Positions 12,764 through 26,015 of a stretch of DNA of 64,000 bases are shown in pieces. Each line of letters begins with the position of its first letter. Position 1 is the stretch's first letter. The notes under the pieces are model-generated. The model did no database searches. It saw only the letters and a program-made list of their open reading frames with translations, and was not told the origin of the DNA. Source of the DNA: Klebsormidium nitens (Eukaryota; Plantae; Klebsormidiophyceae); contig DF237228.1 of the NCBI GenBank assembly GCA_000708835.1, positions 51,512-115,511 on the forward strand. The letters are read 5' to 3'. The position numbers and the translations under genes were made by a program.

Positions 12764-15700
12764 TCATTGTGCGCTCTGCGGCTCCACCTCCGCCAGGCCG
12801 GCAATCTTCTCCGCTTCCTCCCACAGTTCCTTGGCCAGCGCTCTGTCCCGGGAAGTGGGGGCGGGCCGCACCTCGCGGACCTGCACCCACAGCCGGCCAA
12901 GCTCAAGTCCAAATGACACGCTTTCCGGTCATGTAACCCGCAGTGACTGCGTATATGGCATTGAAGATGTAACTCTCCGATTCATGCACATTGCGACTGA
13001 ATGCCTCGTACTTTCGACCCGCGACTTTTCTCCCTACAATAAACCGAGCGGTGGCAAACAACAACCTTCGGACTTCAAGTTCAGCCACTCTCCATGCTGC
13101 ACAAACCCTCTCTCACCCGGTCTGGACTGCTGTTCTCTACTTCAGGATGTGCGGCTCTGCAACGCGAGCGTTGTCGTGCACATCCCCGTCGCCTGCGCTA
13201 CAGCACGCCGAGCTCGTGGCTCACCTCGCCGTTGAAGCGACCTCGCGATATCCACCGCACGGGCCAGTCAAGACTGGACAACACCAGGGCAATGGGCGCC
13301 GTCAGAACCGCGCGCTCCAGCGGCGCCAGGCCGGGGAAGCTGCTGCTCAGGGGGTGGGCCGTCAACTGCGGAGAACGAGGGCCGGGGCAGAGTCAGCCCC
13401 GACGGATTGCTCAGGGCCGGCCAGCCCCTGTTGCCAACCGGGCCTCCTGAAGGTCACCCATGCACGACGCTGCCAGTCACTGAACCAGCTCCTATGTTCC
13501 AAGGGGGGGCGGGTGTGGAGAATGGCGTACAAAGTTCCTAACCTCAAAGAACTTCCCAATCTCGGGACAGACGACACCTGTGGGACTCCGCCCGGCGCGA
13601 ATGCAGAATCTGACCCCTTAGAATCGCGTCGAACGGATCCAATCGTATGATGACTTTCACTGGGAGCTCGCGTAAAAGACGCCGACATTGTAACAGGGGT
13701 TCCAACCTAGGGCAGAATTGAGGCCCCTACGGGTGTTTCCTGAGATCGGGAATGTGTCGAGATCCGAAACCTCAGATCGAGTTTCGTACGCTATTCTCCG
13801 AACCCGCCCTCCAAGGGTACCCATTTCCCCGGTGATGTGCCGTTCAAAAGAGACGACGAATCACTGCTAGCCTTCGGGGCCACCTGCGGAAGGAGCGTGG
13901 TGACATCTGTGCCCATGCATCGAGGAAGTGGGTATCCGCCCCCGAGAGCCGCCGTCCCTCACCAGCTTGGAAGCGAAGAAGCCTTTGGCAAAGAAGCGCC
14001 CCTCGGCGTCCGGGCCCCCCAGGCTCGGCTTCCAGGGCCGAACTTTCCGATTGGGCGCCACGGCGGCATGGTTCACCGCGATCGCCCCGTCCTCCGGAGG
14101 CCCGTAGATCGACTGCAACGCGCATGTCTCTGACTCGGTTCAAAAAGACCTACGGCGTTCTTGCGATCCAACATAAGGAGAGCAGAGCCGGGTTACTCTG
14201 CAGGTCGATGCCTAAGACCGATTGCTGCAACCAATCCGGGACAAGTCTCAGGTGCACGAACTGCACACTCTCTGAGCCAGCGGAAACAAACTCGCGCTTT
14301 GTCAAGGTTGAGCAACAGTTGAAGCAGGGGAGTGGGCCGAGCTAGCTGTGGGCAACGAGCAGCGGTGGTGGGCTTGCCTTGAGGAGCCAGGAGCCAGGGG
14401 GGCGATCCCAGACGGAGCCGCGCCAGACCCGGGTGTACACGGAGCCTGAGAGAGCAGGCGGCCGGCTTAAATCATAGGGGCGGACTCATTATGACGAAAG
14501 GCCTGCGCAGAGCACGAGAACTCTTCGCAACCAGCCCGCAGACCACGTCAACGACGTGCCTCGAACCAGCATGCTACAGTGCTGCCCCTAGCCGAGTGGG
14601 CTGGTCGAAGACTGTGCACTTGAGCCACAGCGACATGGAGGGCGGTGCTCACCTGGGTCGACCGCGGAGCTTTCGATGGCCTTGCCTGCAACCAACGAGG
14701 CCCATACAACGGGTCAATCTCGCGGACATAAGCACATTGATGCCAGGAGCACGGGACCACTTGTGCTGGTGCGAGGAAGACGGGACCGGGCATGCATAGC
14801 AACATCTGGAACGAAGGCTCGGCCTGTCAATCGGAGAATTGAGGACACCAGGTGTAAGCACGCGCGCTGAGTAGCATGCGAATAACACCCTCAGCACCCC
14901 AGCCCATCAATGAGAGCAGGCAGAGGAACAATTTCGACAGCTCGGCAGACGCCATGTGGCCCCTATCTTTGGCGGGGTGCTCACCGCCCCAGCGTCGCTG
15001 CAGCTCGTGCGTGAAGAGCACGTTGGCCAGCTTCGTGTTGGTGTAGTTCCCGTGCTTGAAGTCGCGCAGAAACTTGTCCTGCACCATATGGACGCTATTC
15101 GAATTAAGCACAACGCTGACATCCCGTCTGGAGCGCCCCTCCCACGAGCGGTGACCGAGCCCGTCGATACTGTTCACGCAGGATAATTGTTAGCCTTGGT
15201 CTGGCTCCCACTCAAGAGTATGAAGAAAAGTCAGGCGGGCGACTCAAGCCTCTCAAAATGCTCTGCGACGATGATGACGCTCCTCTTCTGCCAGAAAGCT
15301 TCACAGTGCGCTGGCAAGCCGTCTTGCTACCGACTTCAAGATCTGGTCGCACTCCAATCAGGATTTAAGCAAATGTTGTTCGGCAACCGACAGACGCTTT
15401 CGAACGTGAAAGTGGTCATCCAATGCCTCAAGACTTCTCGCTCACCGCGCTTGTGATGCTCGCCATTCGATGCATCACTGAGCTCACGTTCACAACCTGC
15501 ATGGTGGGAATGTTTGTGCGGTTCGGGTTAGCGGCAGGGACGAGCTGGCAAAACATTGACGAAGGAGGGTGATCGACCTAGCAACTTAGCAATTTCCAAT
15601 CCTTGGAACACAGCCATCGATTTCGAGGGCTGATTGGACGGCCCTGGCGAACTCTGTCCACTGAAAGGCTTCTCGAATGTCAAGAGGTCCCATTACATCT

Positions 15701-17304
15701 CACGACTACTTCTGCTGATGTGTCTTCAACAAATCTTGGAGGTGTGCCAGGTTCGCGCCACTTGGAGCCTCAACGACCTCCTACAATCGAATGTGACCAG
15801 ATCTTGCCTGACATACTGCCCTGTGCGACATGAACAAGCAAATAGGCCCCTCCAATCAGGCGCACCGCATACTCGCAGATGGTCACTCACTTTCGAGGGG
15901 GCCCCCTGTGTAAGCTCGTCCTCCAGGAGGCGGGTCAGCATGTAGGGCCCTAGAAAGTTGACCTGGGCGGAGCCCCCCACACCTTGCTCCGTGTACCACT
16001 CACGGCTCAGGACCGCTCCAGCGTTGTTGACCTGCGGGGGACAGACTAGGTAGTGTCGGAGTGCGCGGCATGGGCTCGACCTGATGAAAGCTAGATCCAC
16101 AGCTGGCCATGACTTTGAAAAAGGCACATTGCTGCAGCTTGAGAACAGATCTGGTTTCCACCAACCGGCAGATAGGGCAGAAAGCAAATCAACCGTTTTG
16201 CGAGGCACCTCACTAGGATGTGCAAGGGCCGCTTCTTCTCCTTGAATTTGGTTGCAAAATCGCGTATCGAGGCCAGCGTTCGCAGGTCCAGCAGCATCGC
16301 TTCCACGTCCGCACCGGGCACTGCCTGCACAAGGGTACCAGGCAACACGTTAGCAACCACTGGCAGCTAAGGAGGTTTGCCCTTCAAGTTGTAGCCACCA
16401 TTTCTGCAAGACATTTCTCATCAAGGTGCTAGCCATTAACTGATACTGGTCTTGAGCAGAGATGACAAAATTGTCAACCGAATATGGAACACTGGGGGCA
16501 CAGGCGATGGCGCTGACCTCCCGGATGTCTGCGGCGGCCTCGAGGCCCCTGTCTGCGCTGCGGCACCCCAAGATGACAGATGCGCCCTCACCCGCCAGGA
16601 ATTTGGCAGTCTCTCTGAACATGACATCAACAGGGATTTGGACATGACGACACCAGGAAGATGCATGAAAGGAAAGCAAGAATAACCAAGGACATACAAG
16701 CAGAGGGGATTAGGCAGCAAGGGCTGTGTACACGCAGGCTGGAACAAATGTAGAGGGTGATTGGTGATGCAGAGACCAGATCAACAAAAGCCTTGAACAC
16801 TCAGTTAATTGCAAGAAATAATCACAAGAAACCCCCTGCACCATATAAACTTACTTGCCCAGCCCCGAGTTTGCACCTGCACAGATGCGTCACACGGGCA
16901 GTTGCTTAGCGGGCATGTATAGTGTAAGCTGTGTCTTGATGCATGGGTGGTGGAAGGTTCATTGGGCAGCTGCACAATTGTGATGGGGTTGCCCCTGTAG
17001 CGCATCATTGCTGATCAGCATTACTGGTGTTTTCTTAATGCCCCATGCTCCAGTGGGAAAAATCAGAGGGCCAATGTTGCCGCAACTTCCTCATCCCGCT
17101 GATTATGCATTCTTTGTCAGGGACCTTCGTGAGCAGCAGGCAATGCTGGCAGACGCTGTTTAATAATGTCTGAGACGTCAATTACAATGCCACGCGCATG
17201 GCGGGCAGCCCTTGCACCCGAAGCGCACCTGTCACAATTGCCACCTTCCCATCCAATCGTTTCTTCAGGTTCACCAGCTGCTCCTTATCCTCAGACGAAC
17301 CCAT
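12764..17304 (-). CDS. Short-chain dehydrogenase/reductase (RDH12/WWOX-like), multi-exon
   Basis: KVAIVTG|ANSGLGK (22-nt micro-exon 16876-16855)|ETAKFLA...LGCRS; LDLRTLASIRDF; VNNAG; VNFLGPYMLTRLL; VVNVSS; catalytic YTNTK; SAVDPG|SVYT; C-terminal ALAKELWEEAEKIAG. Confidence 0.92.
13503..13811. mobile_element. MITE-like insertion (~310 bp) in an SDR intron
   Basis: Imperfect terminal inverted repeats, GGGGGCGGGTGTGGAGAATGGCGTACAAA versus GAGGGCGGGTTCGGAGAATAGCGTACGAA (24/29 matches). CAA lies on both flanks (13500-13502, 13812-13814) as a candidate 3-bp TSD. No coding capacity. Confidence 0.55.
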
Positions 17305-17738
17305 CGTGCTTCTGCCAACGACCTCGAAACGACCTCGAGATGGCCCCTGACACCAGCTGGGACGCAGCAATACCTGACGGTGATGGCTGGAACTTGAACT
17401 TGAAGAGCTGTGCGTCCTGCGCTTCTGAACGACCTCAGGCAAGGCTCGCCCAGACTCGGACTCGGAGTCTTCTTCGAAACTTCCAAGCATTGCATGCCTC
17501 ACTCATTCTGCTCCCTCGGAATTGTTGTCAAAAAGCTGGGACAACCGGTATGGCGGCGGTCGGAGCAACTGTGGTTCCGATCCCAGTGAAGCTTCGTATA
17601 TACTTGTGCCAGAGTGTTGCGAACACCGGCATTCCGCCGGGAAACAACGGCAGTGGTTCTGGCGCCAAGGAAGCGGGAAACCTTCAAATTTCTTCGTCAT
17701 CAGGCCCAGCCGCCAGCGCTGTGGCAGCCCATGCCATT

Positions 17739-18434
17739 GCAACCCAGACTCACGGTCCGTATCGAGAAAAACCCTCGTAAAGCCATTTTGGTTTTACGAG
17801 CAAATCGTTCGATGTCCGTAGATCCGTATTGGTCAAATTTATCGTATTCGCTAGGGCCATATTGGAGGATTTGCTCGATACGCAGAATGCCCTATCGAGC
17901 AATTTGCTCGATTTTTGGACCGAGGCGCCTAGATCTCCGGTACTTTCAGGGGTCGGTCCGGACGATCTCCGCCGTCGATCCAGGTGACCGCCGCGACCCA
18001 CAACATCGGTCCACACGACCGCCAGGATCGCGGTACATAAAGGACGGTACCCCTATGGATGGTTGGTCGGGGCGGCGGGCGGCTGCAACTCCCCGGGGAC
18101 ACCGGACCCTTCCCCTCTAGACTGGTAGTTTAGGGACCGTGGCACCCGAGAATCAACCGGGCCCTCCCTGTGACATTAGGGTCTCGCGGGCAACCGGCGA
18201 ACAACCGAGCAACTACCTGGGGCAGCCGGGCATTCCCGCCTTAGGGTTACACCACTGCGAGTGACAACCGGGCAAGTACTTTTTGTTTTAGTGTGTGCCC
18301 GGGGCTTTTCAAAAATCGAGACTTTTTCCCAATAGGCGCTACCAGAAAACGAGCAATTTGATCGATACACGGCCGGCCGTATCGAGCAATTTGTTCAATA
18401 TGCTTCCGATGGCTTTACGAGAGGTCTGGGTTGC
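17739..18434. repeat. Long imperfect inverted repeat (possible MITE) in the divergent SDR/MUS81 intergenic region
   Basis: Perfect inverted 13-mer CTCGTAAAGCCAT (17774-17786 / 18409-18421) and inverted GCAACCCAGAC (17739-17749 / 18424-18434). About 110 bp of weaker inverted similarity lies inward, built from repeated (T)CGAGCAA(A/T)TTG motifs. Confidence 0.6.
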
Positions 18435-19415
18435 CATTGCCATTGGCCCATTGCCGAATGGGCAGGTTGAGGTTGAACTTGAAGCGGCGCCCAGGCTGCG
18501 GCACCATCATTTGACGTCGAGGTTTGGAAGTGACGATCGGTGCTCCGCTTGTGCTTGTCGTTCTGGCCCGCTCCTCTTTCGGGCACATTCGGAGCAAGTG
18601 ACCTTGGCAGGGTGGCAGCTTCAAGGCTGGGACATGGATCGCTGTGCACGCAGCAGCCACAGATGATATTCTGGGCCTATTCTGGGGCAGTTGTCTGCCT
18701 TTATGCAATACAGCAGGGTGTTCCCGAAGCGTGAAGATTCAAGGAAGACCGCAAGGCGCACATGTGAACTTCAACAAATTTTATCACTGTTCACAATCTG
18801 ACAGGTAAATACATATCTCCTTGCATTAGAAATTCTGTTGGCCATAGCGGCTGCAGACACCACCACGACCCAGTACATGTGGTACCAAGGTCATTCTGCA
18901 AGCCGATTGTAGAATTATTGCTGGCAAGCGGTCAAGGACGTTTGCAGATGACTGCCAGTTGAGTCTGTCCAAGCACGAGCTGTAGAGAGGTTCATAGGGC
19001 CATGGTCCACGGTGCACTCCTCTTTGTATCTAAGAAAAAAGCAAAGCCCCATGTTCAGGGACTTTTGCACCACAACTACCTCAACAGGAAAGTTTTCTGA
19101 TATTCTATGCTTTCAAGACTGTGGATTGTCTGGAACCGCATGGACTCCAAACCGCGTGAAGGTTTTGGCCGCCTGCCTCACCTGATCGTGACATGGACCT
19201 GCCGTCAAGCAGACGGAAGCAAGAGAATGCGATGAATCAACTAGGGCTTTACAAGCGTCACACAATTGGGCCTTTTGCCAATCTACCTGCTCCTGACTAT
19301 ACCTGTTACGGCTGGTGTGATTCAAGATGGCATTCTGGACAAAAAGTGAGTAGACATCCTTCTGTCACCCATGCTTTCTTGCTGCAGGCCTGGCAGTGGG
19401 ACAGGGTAGGCCAGG

Positions 19416-22400
19416 ATGCAGGCAGCAGCTGCGCGCACGTACACGTACAAGGTGAAGTGCCAGGAGAACAGCACCCTGCACGACCTGCTCCAGGAGAAAA
19501 GGCAGGAGTACGAGGAGGAGGGCAAGGAGAACCTGGTCAGGGCTTTTGCAAATGCAGCAAAGTCCATCCGCAACCATCCCGTGCCAATCACAACCAAGGG
19601 GCAATTTGCAGAGGTTAAGTGAGTGTCATTCTTGTTTGCGTCGAGAAACGTTGAGAGGGCCGTGCATTAGCAGCTCAACAAACATGCAACAGAACAGCCG
19701 CGCTTCACTGTTCCTGGAGTTTGCTCTTCTTCTGAGAAGAGTGCCAGAATTGTACGTCAGTCAGGGGATGACAGTTGGGGTTACCCTCTATTTAACCGGA
19801 CATGGAGAAGCAAAAGTAGGCAAGGACTTGCACTGCAAGTTTGGAACAAGTTTGTAGACTCCCCACGTTTGTGAGGTCACCCTTTTTAGTTGCCAACATC
19901 TTTTCGCCCAAAAACGGGCTAAAACCTCATCACTCACATGTTTTGTTATGTGTAAAATTGAGCCTACTTGCTCTGGTTGCTTGAGTTTTCGCCCGGCCTC
20001 AAGTCGCTCTTTGCGCACTGTCAGTGTGCCTAAAACCACTCGAAAGCTTGACAACCCTTGGCTGCCTACCATCCGCAGGCATGTTGGACCCTTCGTCCTG
20101 AAGAAGGTTGGAGGCCACTTTGCACAAGGAGCAGAGGCCGGCAATGGCCAAGGGCATGGCCCAGAAGAAGGACCTCCTGGTCAGCCAATGCTCCTTCTCT
20201 GAACCTAGACTGATGCGTGCTTGCGCTCCAAGATCCCAAGAGGAGCTCACCACTTAGAAATTGAGCTAGCAGGTTTTGCATCTCTGGAGAAACAGTGCAC
20301 TTTTAATGTGCACTTTCGAGAACTTGTCTGAAAAGGCCTGCCATGTTTTCACTCATACTTTGTCTGCTGCAAAGTGGGCATAGGATCATCCTCAGCCTTA
20401 TGTCTAGAACCGTCCCCTCCCCTTCTGTGCAGCAAAAAAGCGAAAAACAGCACCATATGTGCCGAAACTCAACTCGGCCCCTTACGCCCTTCTCATCACA
20501 ATGTACAGGTGCGCAGCTATATACTCTTCTCAAGTGTCCAAAAGATTGGTTTATCTTTGCTTATCGAATTTGCGACAGGATGAACAGGCTGGTCCAGTGA
20601 TGTGCGCTTTTGCACACCTCCAGACTTCCATTTGGTCAGCCAACGCAGTGAAGATGCTAAGCTAAACTCCAGAGTTCCTCGTTCTGCAGAGCCTTAGCAG
20701 AGGGAAAGGACGAGTACCGACGAGACGAACTTATACAGGATGCAGACAACAGCGGCCTGTCCGAGAAGACGATTGCGTATGTGCCCCTAACTTTCTCCAT
20801 CTTAAGGTGTCGAGCTGCGTGGATAGCTTGCATCCGTTAGTCAAGATCCTGGCCACTGTGGTCATCGAATCCTCATCAATGATTATCGCAAGTGCCCTGG
20901 ACGAAGTAGGATTCTCAACCGTTCCGACTTCTAGGATTCGCAGGAAGTAGAACTCTCCGAATGTTGATGGGCAAACGGAGGCTCGAGCAGGCGAGAAAAG
21001 TGGCAGCAGCAGTGGCTTATACGCTCTGCAAAGTCCGGTTGTCCGAGATGCTGGCAGCAAAGATGAGCGATTCGCCTAGATCCCCTGTACAGAATGTCGT
21101 TTGGTTCGCATACAGGAATGAAGTCTAAGTCAGCCCGCTAGACATTCCACCCTTCCCCTCTCAGCCTGGACCCGCTCAATGGTCAAGCGGGGCGGAGGAC
21201 GACCCACACCAACCAGGACTACTACTCTGGGTGGACGTCCATGAGCAAGCAACTGATCGCTAAAGGACTCGTCCTGAAGCAAGGGAACCCCCCCAAGTGA
21301 GTGCACAAATGTGCCCAGCGAGCCAGAGACCAGAAGGAATTCATGAGAGCTGCAAAAGCAGTTATTGAGTAGCATGTCCGAGGTGGACTGAAGGTCGAGG
21401 GCGTGCCCTCTTCCCTTCCCAGCTTTGCAACGGTGCTGCTTTGCATACAGATTCAGATGTTAACCTCGTCCTTTCAAGTCCGAGACTATTACTCTTTTTG
21501 CCCGATCATGCCCACTGAACAGTCACACCTGCAGAATCCTTTTCTGCCGGCGACGGCTATGCCATGCAAGTTACTGGCCCATGCCTGCAGGTACATTCTC
21601 ACGGAGTACGGCGAAGAGACGGCCCGGGAGTGCCTCCAGCGATCCAACCTGGCTGACCCGCTCCCCGCCGGTCCTGCTGGAGCCGCTCCCCGTCCCACTC
21701 CTGCCCCTGGCCCCCGCCCTCCTGCCGGCCCGCCTCCTCCCGCTGCCCCTAAGAACGCCCGTGCCGCGGCTGCTGCAGCTGCTGAGGCGCGCATGGCCAG
21801 GAACGCCGACGCTGGTGGCGCAGGGCCGTCGACTGCCGCGGCCGGCGGTTCTCGGCCGGACCGACGACGAGATGCAGTGGACACTGCGGGGAACCGGCAG
21901 CAAAAGGGTGGAGCGGCGGGAGCAGGAGGGGCTGGGGCGGCGGGGTTCCGGGGCCTGGTGGCGGAAAGGCCGGACCTGCAGAGAATGGGGGCGGAGCGGG
22001 AGCCGAACGAAGCTGACGGGGGGCACGAGGAGGAAGGAGGCACCGAGTCAGACTTCGAGGAGCTGGACGGCTGGCCCGCAGCAAGTCCCACAGACGCTGT
22101 GCCAGTGATTGGAGATGACGTTGTGCAAAAGGTGAGGCCTTCTTGCAAGGAGAGTGCTGCTTCCTGACTTGAGCTCATGCCCGTCCGGTACGCTCGTCAA
22201 TTGCCTATCCGCTCCTCACAGGACCTCACCAATGTTGAGCAGAAGCTCGTTCGTTCGGGACGTCACCAAAGCTATGTAAGACTGAGCCGCCAAAAGCGTC
22301 CATGTCTCAGATCGTTTGCCGTCTTTCCTGGGATGCTGTGGCTTTCCGACTTCCTCGGGCGGTGGGATGAAATTGTCTTCCTACCCTTAGGATCTAAAAG

Positions 22401-25045
22401 AAAGACGAAGCCCATCATTCTAGTCAACCACGAGCCGACTGCCCCGCTCACCCCCGGCCTCTACGTGCAGCTGGTCAGCCTGGGCTTCTCGCCCGGCCAG
22501 GCCCGCACGGCACTGCACGCAACCCACGTTGCGGACCTGCCGGATAGCCCCTTGGTGGAGCAGGCCGCCAACTGGCTCCTTGAGAACGACAGCACCGACC
22601 GGCCCGCGCAACCTCAGTCCCCGGTGCGCCCCTCCTTCCAGGCGCGAATGGCCACAGCCGAGCCCCGGGAGAAGCGCACCGGGACAGTCAATGGTGCGGC
22701 AGCTCCGAGGGCCGCGGTCAGGGAACGGCAAGGAAGGCCGGGAAGCGCAGCTGGCGGGCAGGGCGCGGCCCGAGCTCCGGGGAGACCGCCCACTGCGCCC
22801 ACGCAGCGAGCGGCACCAGCCCGCACCGCGGGGCAGTCTGGAGCGGGACCGTCGGGCACCGCAGACAGGCGAGATGCAGGTAGGCCGGTGACTCTTCGGC
22901 GCGGAGGAGTCCAGCCACGTAGTAGCGACGACTGTCGTCAGTCGAAGCTCCTAAAAGAGCGTCGTTTTTCTCTAAAACGTCAGCCTTCACCGACGAAAAC
23001 CTCCGTGCTTGCATTGGATGCACGACGCGCTTTTCCAGTAGTAGTACCGTGGGTGACTGTAATTGGGCCATCGCTTCTTGCACGTCGCCGCCCACAAGTT
23101 AGCGCGTTCCCGAGGTTGTTGATCTCGAGCGCCATGCCTTCTTGCCAGATAAAACACTCTCCCGTGGCATTGTTTGGACGTGTTTCCATGATTCTGCTCG
23201 TCAATCTTCCCCAACCACTGCCATTCAATGCCGTCCTGCAATGAGGAGCTTTTGCTGCTTGAGCAGCAGGATGGAGGAGGCGCCTGCTATGCAACCAGTC
23301 AGGGCAGCTCAGCTAGTCAGACCTTGAGGCCTTCGACACGAAAGCCAGTTTTTCCTCCGTTTCCCACCTGCTATTTTTCATTTACGACCAGCAATCCATG
23401 TCTACCACGCAAAGAATCCATCAACAGGCAAAATCGTCCATTCGAGCTTGGCCCTCTGAAGCAGGCACATTTTGCCTCCCTATGTCAACCCCGCTGGACC
23501 GTGTCCTCATCCCGCCGCCCTTTGCTTTGTCCATTCCTTGACAGGCGGCCCCTCCAAGCCTGCTGCACCCCTGGCGGGCGGCGCCGTGCCGCTGGCGGTG
23601 CGCGTGCCCCCCCTCGCGGCGGGCGAGCGGTTCGATGCGCGGTACATGGTGGTGTGCCTGGTGGACCACCGCGAGTTCCTGGTCCGCAAGCTGAGCTCCG
23701 GGGACGTGCTGGCCGCCTTTGCTGCGCACGGCCTGCACGCGGACGTGCGCAACCTGGAGCTGGGCGACTTCCTGTGGGTCGCCAAGGAGCGCGACGGCCC
23801 GGGCGAGTACGTGCTGGACTACGTGTGCGAGCGCAAGCGCGTGGACGACCTGAGTCTTAGCATACAAAGCAGCAGGTGCGCGACGCGCGCTTGTACACTG
23901 GTACCGGCCATGTCCGACTGGGGGCTCCTACTGTTACAGACAGTTCTCCGAGCTGTAAGGGCTGGCCGCATGGTCCTTAGCAATGCTGGCTTCCTTGCAG
24001 TGCGTAGTTCAACAAGGGATTTGGGGAGCCCGCTCTTGCACCCCGCTTCGAGAGACGGCTTTTGCCCGCTCGCAATTTTCGGAGCCCCACGTGCCCCGCC
24101 CCTCTGTGTGCGCAGGTACCAGCGGCAGAAACACTTTCTGGACACGTGCGGGCTGCGGCGGCGCATCTACCTGCTGGAGGACGACGCGGACAAGATGGAC
24201 GACCACGTGCGCATCAAGACGGCGTGCATCAACACGGAGCTCGTCAACGGCTTCGACGTGCAGCGCACCGCCGACTCGCGCGACACGCTGCGCCGCCTGG
24301 TCACGCTCACGGCCGCCATCCGGGACAAGCTGCAGCACCGTACCGGGGAAGCGCCGAACTCCCGGAAGGAGCCGCTGCCCACCTTCGCGGACTTCGACCG
24401 GCGGGCCAAGGCGTCGAGGCGGCGCACCGTGAAGGACCTGTGGGGGCTCATGCTGACGCAGGTCGGCGGCATTGGGAGCGACAGCGCAAATGTCATCATG
24501 CAGCAGTACCCCACCGCCGGCCAGCTGTATGAAGCATACCGCAAACTGGTGAGGCCTACAAAAGGGTGTCAGCCTGACCACAGCCACTCCTTGGAACAAC
24601 GCATATGCTCACTTCTCTGCTCTTGTCTCTGCCTCCGGTTCGGCCCATTAGGTTTGCCGAAACTTTTTGATACTTGCTGGTACTTACACTGACGTAGGCT
24701 ATCTCGGACAGATAGTGCGGACACCACTATCTGCGCCCTTCGTTACGCCCTAGGTACTGCGATCTATTGTCGGCTCAGTTTCACACCTCCCAACTGTTTG
24801 ACCACAAGGGTTCCATTTTTACCTCCGCAGCAGAAAAGTTTGATTTGTTGAGAAGCTCTCTTATCCAGAATTACCGTCGTATTTCAATACAGGACGGGAA
24901 GCCGCAAGTGATGTCACAACAGCTCGTGGCCAAATTTGTTCGAAACGCAGGCGGTTTGAAAGTTGGGAATAAGGCGAGTGAGAATCTGTTCAAATTCATG
25001 TTCGATCCAACTCCTCCAGAGGATTCGCCAGAGGATGACAAGTAG
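19416..25045 (+). CDS. MUS81: Crossover junction endonuclease MUS81, multi-exon, with a UBA-like insertion
   Basis: N-terminal HhH region (AFANAAKSIRNHPVPI...KHVGPFVLKK); winged helix (PKLNSAPYALLITMYR, YSGWTSMSKQLIAKGLV, YILTEYGEETAREC); ERCC4 nuclease (VDHRE, LELGDFLWV, ERKRVDDL, RYQRQK, IYLLED); C-terminal HhH (MLTQVGGIG, YPTAGQLYEAY, KVGNKASENLF). Confidence 0.93.
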
Positions 25046-26015
25046 ATTTGGCAGCTTGGTCAGAGCAGACGTGCGTCCAAAGTAGAGGCTTCATCCAATC
25101 AGCATGTAAGAAGAGAGCAAATGCACAGAGAATCGTGACGGCAGTTCGCCGAAGTCTGTTGCTTAACGGAAGCCTGTGTCTTGCTTACGTACCCAAGAAG
25201 GGCGAGTTTTCTAGTAAACGTTAAAATCGAACAGAAAAGGATATGCAAATTCGTGTAAAGTGGGTGATCGGGAAGTGTTCAGGCAGAGTCAGACCAGATG
25301 CTATATAAGCTTGTGTTGTTGATTGATTTCGGACTTCCAAAGGACCTATCGTTATGTCTGGTGAAAGCTAGCATTCTTTTTTCGAGCTTCTAAGAAACTC
25401 GTACCAGGACATATGACGTTATACGATTGAATGGCCATCTTATCCCTGCCAACGTCACAGCAGCTGCAGTCTTTCCAAAAAGTGAAATACTTTTCGTGAG
25501 AACAATGTACAGGAATGTTTTTACAGTGCAGACACAGCGGCTTTGCGGAATTGGAACGGTGTCATTTCAATCGCTTGCCGCCCAGGACTCCATATGGAGA
25601 CAAGGAATGCATGTGCACATGCAATCGGACATACATATGGATTCGACGAAATCTATTCACTCATGCGAAGCCCACCTAGGCAATTTGGATGTAGATTTAA
25701 GTTGATCGAGTTGGAGTGCTTTTTTTCTAGCTTTCAATCTGCAGCTACCTAACTGTATGATTATAGTGTATTGCCACAATGGCGTGCTTTACTCGTTCAA
25801 ATAAGACCATGACTGCACATACATATGTGTTTGGCCAACTCTCTCAGGCAGATCATCGGATGCATGTGCATTAGAGTTGCGACTCTGTCGCATTGGGCAT
25901 GCATGGCACGACAAACATCCACACATGCTATGGCACCTCTGTGCCTTACAAATGTTCGGCCTGCAATTGCTCAATGTATATCCATGGTGGCAAATGCGGT
26001 AATCCGTGCCTACAT

